A DNA stretch of 12,204 nucleotides from an uncultured archaeon (lineage in GTDB: Archaea; Asgardarchaeota; Heimdallarchaeia; Heimdallarchaeales; Kariarchaeaceae): the NCBI GenBank assembly GCA_964645535.1, contig CAZYCQ010000059.1:1-12204 (forward strand), read 5' to 3'. The notes under the pieces were generated by a model. The model was not told where the DNA came from, did not search any database, and worked only from the letters and a program-made list of their open reading frames with translations. Shown here one piece after another: positions 6,425 through 12,204 of the stretch. Every line of letters begins with the position of its first letter. Position 1 is the first letter of the stretch. A program made the position numbers and the translations under genes.

Positions 6425-7435
6425 CTAATCAAAAAGATCTTCATCTTCAGCATATTTGTATCCAAGAAGAAAGAGACCGAAGAAGATAAGCGATGCGATG
6501 ATGATGACAACTCCCTTTAAAGGAATCCTTTCACTGAGAAAATGGGCAAGGGAAAATACAGGGATCATAAGGAGCCCTACATTTGCATTTTCCTCAATAC
6601 TTACGTTCTTAATGCGTGCTAGAACAAACTGTAAAACTCCAAGGACAAACGCGATGGCATTCATGATATTGAAAAACCCATTAGAAGGATCCGCTAGATA
6701 TACAAGGAAAAGAACAAGGAAGAGTGCGAACTTCAAGACGAGAACGAACCCATAGTTGACATTTTCCCTTGATCCATATTGTTTTGCTCCTTCCATGAGA
6801 AAGAGAATAAAATTTCCTATCGCAATAGATATGGCAAGGCTAAGTCCAAATCCGAAGAGGGTGTCGATGTTGCTCAACCAAAAATGGTATACAATATTCC
6901 ATTGCTCAACGTATTTAAAATAGAATGCAAAAGCAACCAAAGAGGGGATAAAAAGGAGAGCTAGACTCGGAATAACCCAAACTAGCCAATGGAATCTTCC
7001 AATGTAAACTTTCCTAAGAGCCATTCTTGTGGCAAAAATGATTCCAAGAATGGTAATGATTGGGCTAAAGAAGGGCATAATAATAAAGACGAGAACAAAA
7101 ATAGCATTGACTCCATAGAACAGCTTTTGATCAATTCGGACTTTTCCCATAGCTCTTCCCATGAGTTCATATGCATTTGCGATTCTGTTTGCTCTGATAA
7201 TGCTGAACAGAACCCAAGGTAACGAAAAAAGAATTGGAATTCCAAGGTTTACTATCCATGGTACATATTTCTTTTCAATCGGTACAAATGAGAAGGTATC
7301 TATAATCTGATTAAAGTTTGAAATCAAAGTATCATTCCAGAATATTGTATAATATATGAAATAAATCGGTGTAAAAACAATCTGGATCAATACCATAAGT
7401 CTATTGAGCATAATTCCATCAAATCTATTCGACAC
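6425..7435 (-). CDS. Polytopic integral membrane protein of unknown function (about 9-10 TM helices)
   Basis: 336-aa ORF with repeated long hydrophobic segments and an acidic C-terminus. GTG start. Confidence 0.8.
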   Translation of the reverse strand: MSNRFDGIMLNRLMVLIQIVFTPIYFIYYTIFWNDTLISNFNQIIDTFSFVPIEKKYVPWIVNLGIPILFSLPWVLFSIIRANRIANAYELMGRAMGKVRIDQKLFYGVNAIFVLVFIIMPFFSPIITILGIIFATRMALRKVYIGRFHWLVWVIPSLALLFIPSLVAFAFYFKYVEQWNIVYHFWLSNIDTLFGFGLSLAISIAIGNFILFLMEGAKQYGSRENVNYGFVLVLKFALFLVLFLVYLADPSNGFFNIMNAIAFVLGVLQFVLARIKNVSIEENANVGLLMIPVFSLAHFLSERIPLKGVVIIIASLIFFGLFLLGYKYAEDEDLFD

Positions 7436-7485
7436 AATCTACTAGAGATCTGACAATTATATAGAATTTTTCAATACATATTGGA

Positions 7486-7908
7486 TTATATCTTCTGCTT
7501 AATCATGTTTTCAAGTGCAAGCCAAGCAATGAAAATTGCAGCAATACCAAGTGCAACAAGCATATTTGCCCTGTCTGTATCATGAGGATTAGAAGGTGCT
7601 TCTTTCAGAAGAAAAAGCCCAAGTGCACCAAAAAACATGAGAAGACCTGCCACAATCCCTTCAATAAGAAATTGCCTTTCCAAAGCCCCTGTATAAATCA
7701 AAACAGGATTTCCTGCACTGTCTGCACCAATTGCGATAGGTGATTGAATAAGGTCATAAACTCCGCCAATAAAGATATAAAAGACACTTACATAGACAAG
7801 AGCATAAATGACTTTAGGGGATATGGTTGTTGGGATGGTTGGCTCAATTTTAGGTAAATAGAAATTGGGTTGTCTTACCCCTGGGAAAATCCACGGTAAT
7901 TTTACCAT
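7486..7908 (-). CDS. Oligosaccharyltransferase subunit OSTC/DC2-like (OST3/OST6 family TM domain)
   Basis: Three TM helices. SPKVIYALVYVS..IGGVYDLIQSP..G and QFLIEGIVAGLLMFFGALGLFLL closely match eukaryotic OSTC as I recall it ([47 protein letters not shown]). Confidence 0.85.
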   Translation of the reverse strand: MVKLPWIFPGVRQPNFYLPKIEPTIPTTISPKVIYALVYVSVFYIFIGGVYDLIQSPIAIGADSAGNPVLIYTGALERQFLIEGIVAGLLMFFGALGLFLLKEAPSNPHDTDRANMLVALGIAAIFIAWLALENMIKQKI

Positions 7909-8010
7909 GCATCCTCTTTTGAATATGTGTTTATATTGTTTCTTTTTTGTTCAACCAAAATAGTTGATCAATAACTGACATTTATTATCCTCATTAAACT
8001 GGCTAGCCTG

Positions 8011-8448
8011 ATGGTAACAATCAAATTGAAAAATGAAATAATGGGTTTTTCTTCAGCTCATATTTCGAATATTGATGGACAATGGAGGCTTCACGGTCAT
8101 AATTTCCAAGTAGCAATAGATATGGAGGTACCGTCTGTAAATTGTGGCAATACTGGTTATTTTGAAGAAATTCGTAGAAAATTAAAGGTTTTGGATCACA
8201 AGGTCATTGTTCCTGAAAATTGCATTGTAAAAAAACAAGGATCTAATTTTATTGCATCATTTGAAGGAAATTTATTTACTTTCCCTATAAAGGATTCCTA
8301 TGTTATGAAGAGGAATTCAAGTGAAATTGTGGATCTTCTTGATGAAATTATCACGATTCTATCGGAATATGACCTTATCAGAGTTTCATTGTCTTATGAT
8401 GGGCTTACTTGGATCGAGAAGCGAATAAAAGGTTTAAGTGGAGGATAG
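8011..8448 (+). CDS. 6-pyruvoyl-tetrahydropterin synthase/QueD-like T-fold protein, divergent paralogue
   Basis: FSSAH, LHGHNF and LDHKVIVP are present. The Cys of CxxxHGH is absent (QWRLHGH). Confidence 0.75.
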   Translation: MVTIKLKNEIMGFSSAHISNIDGQWRLHGHNFQVAIDMEVPSVNCGNTGYFEEIRRKLKVLDHKVIVPENCIVKKQGSNFIASFEGNLFTFPIKDSYVMKRNSSEIVDLLDEIITILSEYDLIRVSLSYDGLTWIEKRIKGLSGG

Positions 8449-8462
8449 GTGTCAATTGATTA

Positions 8463-9377
8463 ATGAAAGTAGTCATCGCTGATCCTCTACATAAAAAAGT
8501 TAATGAAATATTGAAAAAAGCTGGAATGAAGGTTGTCGATGTTTCCTCGAACAAAGAGAGACTTGAAGCAGAATTGCAGGATGCCCAAGCATTGGTTGTC
8601 AGAAGTGCAACGAAAGTCAATCTAGATCTCCTTGAAAAGGCACCAATGCTAAAAATAATTGGTCGGGCAGGTGTTGGTCTTGATAATATAGATCTTGAAG
8701 CAGCAAAAAACAAGGGTATTCAGGTTGTTAATAGTCCTGAAGGTCCAACTGTAAGTGTAGCTGAATTTACTCTAGGATTGATGATTGCAGTTGCAAGAAA
8801 GTTTGGAATTGCGTATATGGGTACAAGAGAAGGAAAATGGCCAAAAAAACAGGCTAAAGGGATTGAATTGAGAGAAAAGACTCTTGGCATAATTGGATCT
8901 GGGGCTATTGGTGGTCAATTAGCTAAATATGCTATAGCCTTGGGCATGAAGGTCATTGCATATGATATTATTGAATATGATCACTTAAAATCATTAGACA
9001 ATTTCAAGTACGTCCCTTTGGAAACTTTGTTGAAGACTGCCGATTTTATATCACTCCATGTTCCTCTTGTTCCTGCAACAAAACATATGATTAATTCCGA
9101 AGCATTCAAAAAAATGAAAGATGGTGTTATTATCATCAACGCTGCAAGAGGTGGTGTTATTGATGAAAGTGCCCTTCTTGAATCATTGAATTCTGGAAAA
9201 GTTGCAGGTGCTGCTTTGGACGTTTTCGAAACTGAACCTCCTATCAATAAAGAACTTTTAGAACATCCCCAAGTCTTTGTAACTCCTCATATTGGTGCCA
9301 ACACAATTGAAGCCCAAGAAAAGAATGGGACTATTGTTGCACAAAAAATTGTCTCTTTCTTCAAGGCTGAATCCTAG
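8463..9377 (+). CDS. serA: D-3-phosphoglycerate dehydrogenase-like D-2-hydroxyacid dehydrogenase (short form, no ACT domain)
   Basis: VRSATKV, GRAGVGLDNID, GIIGSGAIG (Rossmann), LHVPL, INAARGG, LDVFETEP and TPHIGA. Confidence 0.88.
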   Translation: MKVVIADPLHKKVNEILKKAGMKVVDVSSNKERLEAELQDAQALVVRSATKVNLDLLEKAPMLKIIGRAGVGLDNIDLEAAKNKGIQVVNSPEGPTVSVAEFTLGLMIAVARKFGIAYMGTREGKWPKKQAKGIELREKTLGIIGSGAIGGQLAKYAIALGMKVIAYDIIEYDHLKSLDNFKYVPLETLLKTADFISLHVPLVPATKHMINSEAFKKMKDGVIIINAARGGVIDESALLESLNSGKVAGAALDVFETEPPINKELLEHPQVFVTPHIGANTIEAQEKNGTIVAQKIVSFFKAES

Positions 9378-9555
9378 AACGAATGATTTCAGGTTTAGGA
9401 ATCACAATTCCAATAACTATCCAAATTAAAAGAATCAATAGCGAAGACTCTAATGGTAATCCGTTATTGTATTGGTAATAGATAAGAAGAATTCCAGGAA
9501 AAATCAGAATGAAATCGTAGAGCAATGAAAGAATTGCTTGATCATTCTTCGACAC
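9361..9555 (-). CDS. Small two-TM membrane protein, hypothetical
   Basis: 64 aa with two clear hydrophobic helices. Fills the gap between serA and tRNA-Ala and overlaps the serA 3' end by 17 nt. GTG start. Confidence 0.6.
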   Translation of the reverse strand: MSKNDQAILSLLYDFILIFPGILLIYYQYNNGLPLESSLLILLIWIVIGIVIPKPEIIRSRIQP

Positions 9556-9672
9556 AATGTTGGGGTTTCCTTAGTTTACAAAAACATTTCCCAACGTTAC
9601 CTTCCAAAACCAATAAATAACAAAAAGATAACTCGTTAAATGGTTGAAATTCAATTTCAGCCTTTATATGTT

Positions 9673-9746
9673 GGGCGGGTAGATCAGCCCGGTAGATCGC
9701 CTGATTTGCAATCAGGAGGCCCCGAGTTCAAATCTCGGTCCGTCCA
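9673..9746 (+). tRNA. tRNA-Ala(TGC)
   Basis: Acceptor GGGCGGG/TCCGTCC with the G3:U70 Ala determinant and discriminator A; D stem GATC/GATC; anticodon arm CCTGA-TT TGC AA-TCAGG; T arm CCGAG-TTCAAAT-CTCGG. Confidence 0.97.
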
Positions 9747-9752
9747 TTTTTT
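9747..9752 (+). terminator. Oligo-T archaeal terminator after tRNA-Ala
   Basis: T6 run immediately after the discriminator base. Confidence 0.5.
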
Positions 9753-9818
9753 CTATTGAATAGGGAATTATATGAATTTAAAGCAAACTCTATTATTGCA
9801 ACAGATTGAGTTTAGCAT

Positions 9819-10808
9819 ATGTCTGAAATAGATGTACACGTTGCCGAGTATAAATCGCTTCTCAAAGAGTTTGCAAAGACTTTCTTTTCCTATTTTGAAA
9901 AAGGTAGAGCACAGGCAATTTCCTGTAAAGAAAAAATCCTGATCTGCGGCATGGGGGGTTCTGCAATATCCGGTGATTATCTTAGAACAGTCCTCTCATA
10001 TTATAGCGATTGCGAAGTCGTTGTATCAAAGAGTTATGAACCACCAAATTTTGTGGATGAAACATGGTCCGTATTTGTCATTAGTTACTCAGGAAACACT
10101 GAAGAAACACTTTCCCAAGCCAAGATTTTATTAGACCGAGGAATCAAAATTGCAGTGATTTCTTCAGGTGGTATTTTAGGTAATCTAGCTAAAGAAAACA
10201 ATCTTCCTTTTTTCAAAGTTGAGGAGGGTCTTCAACCGAGAGCTGCTTTACCAAACCTTTTTGGAATTTTACTTGGTGCAGTTTACGATTCTTTTTCACT
10301 TCCACTAAACTTGGACATAATTCTTCCAGAACTTGAACAACATGTGAACATGTTGCATTCTCAAGAGCCATTCATGAAAAATCTAGCTTTTAGTCTAGTT
10401 TCAAGGTCTGTTTTTGTAATTTCTTCAACACTTTTTGGATCAGTGGGTTTGCGTTTTCGATGTCAACTAAATGAAAATTCAAAATTGCATGCCGCAAATT
10501 TTGAATCTCCTGAATTTAGTCATAATGCCATTATTGGATTTGATGGGAAAGGAGCAGATGTATTCTTCATTATTTTGAGATCGAAATATGAACATCCTAG
10601 AACAAAACTTCACCTTGACTTTTTGGAGAATCATTACAGAGATTCCATGGTTTCTCTTGAAGCAGAAGGCGATTCGCTTTTGACACAGATACTTTCAATA
10701 ACTGCCTTCCTTGATTATTTTTCTGTAGTCGCCGCAGAAATACAAGAAATCGACCCTTATACCATTACCTCGATCAACCTCTTAAAATCAGAGCTTAAAT
10801 CAAAATAG
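9819..10808 (+). CDS. Bifunctional phosphoglucose/phosphomannose isomerase (archaeal PGI/PMI, SIS domains)
   Basis: GMGGSAISGD, SYSGNTEETL, SSGG, QPRAA, QLNENSK and PEFSHN motifs. Confidence 0.92.
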   Translation: MSEIDVHVAEYKSLLKEFAKTFFSYFEKGRAQAISCKEKILICGMGGSAISGDYLRTVLSYYSDCEVVVSKSYEPPNFVDETWSVFVISYSGNTEETLSQAKILLDRGIKIAVISSGGILGNLAKENNLPFFKVEEGLQPRAALPNLFGILLGAVYDSFSLPLNLDIILPELEQHVNMLHSQEPFMKNLAFSLVSRSVFVISSTLFGSVGLRFRCQLNENSKLHAANFESPEFSHNAIIGFDGKGADVFFIILRSKYEHPRTKLHLDFLENHYRDSMVSLEAEGDSLLTQILSITAFLDYFSVVAAEIQEIDPYTITSINLLKSELKSK

Positions 10809-11393
10809 GAAATAAGCAATCCCAACATCTTCTAAACTATCTTGTTTAATCTTAGGTATCCAATATCCTTGACCCATTTCAACAACTCTGTCTCCAAAAA
10901 TAAATTGTTCGAAATCAGGTTTTGGAAAAGGTTGTCTCCAATCAATGGGATTCTTTTTTGTTTTTGAAAATGCTGCGGCATAACTTTTAATTTTGTTTGT
11001 TTTTTGGTCTCCCATAATTTCACTAAATTCTCGCAGAATTTTAGATCCCACCCACTTTACAGTTATATTTTCAAATTTAATGATAATGATCCCCTTTTTT
11101 TTAAAATCAAAAATTGAATTATATTGATTTACTTGATCTAATTCTTTTTTTGCATTTTGAAGACAATTAATCAAAAAATCATTTTTATTCTGAATAGATT
11201 TGGTATAAATTGAAAATTTAGTTATAAGTTCTCCAAAACGTTCACTGCTAATCCCAAACTTAATCGAATAATTGACTCTGATGAAAAGACCCGTGTAATA
11301 AAAAAACGTTCTTTTTTCTGGATTAATACTGATTTTTCTTGCAAATTCTGAGATGATAAATGCATCTCTAAACCTTCCATTGGGCTTCATCAT
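10800..11393 (-). CDS. Hypothetical basic protein, translationally coupled to queD
   Basis: Long ORF in very AT-rich DNA. ATG at 11393 overlaps the queD stop (ATGA). No recognisable motif. Confidence 0.6.
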   Translation of the reverse strand: MMKPNGRFRDAFIISEFARKISINPEKRTFFYYTGLFIRVNYSIKFGISSERFGELITKFSIYTKSIQNKNDFLINCLQNAKKELDQVNQYNSIFDFKKKGIIIIKFENITVKWVGSKILREFSEIMGDQKTNKIKSYAAAFSKTKKNPIDWRQPFPKPDFEQFIFGDRVVEMGQGYWIPKIKQDSLEDVGIAYFLF

Positions 11394-11743
11394 TCGTTCC
11401 TCAACCATTCTTCTTCAGCATAGGAATCCTTATCTTCCCATATTCGAACTTTTACCCATTGGAAATTGTCCTTTTCTGGAAGTTTTAAGATTTCCTCCAA
11501 TAACTTCAAGACAAGATTTTCGACTGTAGGTTGCTCAATTACATCGTTCAGGAAGATATGGTCGAATTTATTGATTGATTGTTTGAGGTGTGTAAAATCA
11601 ACTATCATTCCTGAGTTATTGACTTTCCCTCCTATTTCGACTTCAATCAAATAATTATGCCCATGAGTTCTCTGACATTTACTTTCATAAGGAAGATAAA
11701 GTCTATGGGCAGACGAAATTTCAGCCCGATAGAATATTTTCAT
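11390..11743 (-). CDS. queD: 6-carboxy-5,6,7,8-tetrahydropterin synthase (preQ0/archaeosine pathway)
   Basis: SSAHRL, CQRTHGHNY (CxxxHGH), GMIVDF, FDHIFLN and PTVENL; all catalytic and Zn-binding residues are present. Confidence 0.9.
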   Translation of the reverse strand: MKIFYRAEISSAHRLYLPYESKCQRTHGHNYLIEVEIGGKVNNSGMIVDFTHLKQSINKFDHIFLNDVIEQPTVENLVLKLLEEILKLPEKDNFQWVKVRIWEDKDSYAEEEWLRNE

Positions 11744-11788
11744 ACCTCTTCTATGTTTTTTTGAGATTTATGTTTTGAGGAATATTCT

Positions 11789-12202
11789 TCAATTCATGTC
11801 CAACACATTTCTGTAACTTGCATCTATAATATTGCTCAATCCCTTTCCTGAAGAGTAATCAAACAATGAAAGTTTGTTTATCCCCCTTGAAAGTAAATCC
11901 TTGAAAAGTTCAATAGGTCTGCTCTGGTCTTTCTTTGAATTATAGGCAAGAATAATATTTATGTCAGATAATCTTGATGTTGGTACTTCAGTGAAAATTG
12001 TATCTTTTTCATAAGTATCAACATCTACAACGACACTCTGAAGTGATTTATCTTTGAAATGGCGCAATGAATCTTCATACGGAACTTGAATCAATGTCAG
12101 GTTATTATAGATAAGTTCAACCTTCTTCTTTGTAATAATGCTCCTTGTTTCTTCTCCTCGATCCAAATTAAGCATCAAAATAGAAAGAACTGATTTGAAA
12201 AA
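11789..12202 (-). CDS. Probably 5'-truncated ORF whose C-terminus resembles a degenerate Ras-like small GTPase domain
   Basis: The frame stays open to the window edge. VVVDVD, IILAYNSKKD (G4-like) and FDYSSGKGLSNII (G5 region plus final helix) occur in GTPase order. Confidence 0.5.
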   Translation of the reverse strand, partial: FFKSVLSILMLNLDRGEETRSIITKKKVELIYNNLTLIQVPYEDSLRHFKDKSLQSVVVDVDTYEKDTIFTEVPTSRLSDINIILAYNSKKDQSRPIELFKDLLSRGINKLSLFDYSSGKGLSNIIDASYRNVLDMN

Positions 12203-12204
12203 TT

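Noticed and set aside
4630-9247. ORFs 4630..4959, 4965..5180, 6219..6404, 6456..6755, 6779..6964, 6982..7245, 6989..7222, 8405..8713 and 8981..9247
   Set aside because: Antisense or alternate-frame ORFs lying inside or across better-supported genes.
10832-11654. ORFs 10832..11023 (-) and 11466..11654 (+)
   Set aside because: Nested within longer genes with no independent support.

Overview
AT-rich, gene-dense archaeal window. It is very probably from an Asgard archaeon (Heimdallarchaeia-like). This is inferred from a gelsolin-domain protein, an OSTC/DC2-like oligosaccharyltransferase subunit, a GGGP-synthase-family gene, archaeal-type tRNAs without encoded CCA and a degenerate small-GTPase-like ORF. 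Contents, left to right: two paralogous 106-aa TerB-like repeat proteins around a single-domain gelsolin gene; a MoxR-type AAA+ gene and a VWA/MIDAS gene; intron-containing tRNA-Leu(CAA); an RNase H-fold protein; a minus-strand run of OSTC-like, membrane protein, degenerate RecA-fold and GGGPS-like genes; a QueD-like paralogue plus serA-like gene; tRNA-Ala(TGC); PGI/PMI; an orphan coupled to canonical queD; and a truncated ORF. The main finding is at the AAA+/VWA junction (2708-2749, minus strand), which carries a complete -1 programmed ribosomal frameshift signature. Overlapping slippery heptamers A_AAT_TTT and T_TTT_TTC directly precede the AAA+ stop, followed by a 7-nt spacer and a 9-bp hairpin, and the VWA frame opens exactly at the slip site. 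This predicts both a 290-aa AAA+ subunit and a ~651-aa AAA+-VWA fusion from one locus. All protein assignments come from motif recognition by eye; no database search was run.
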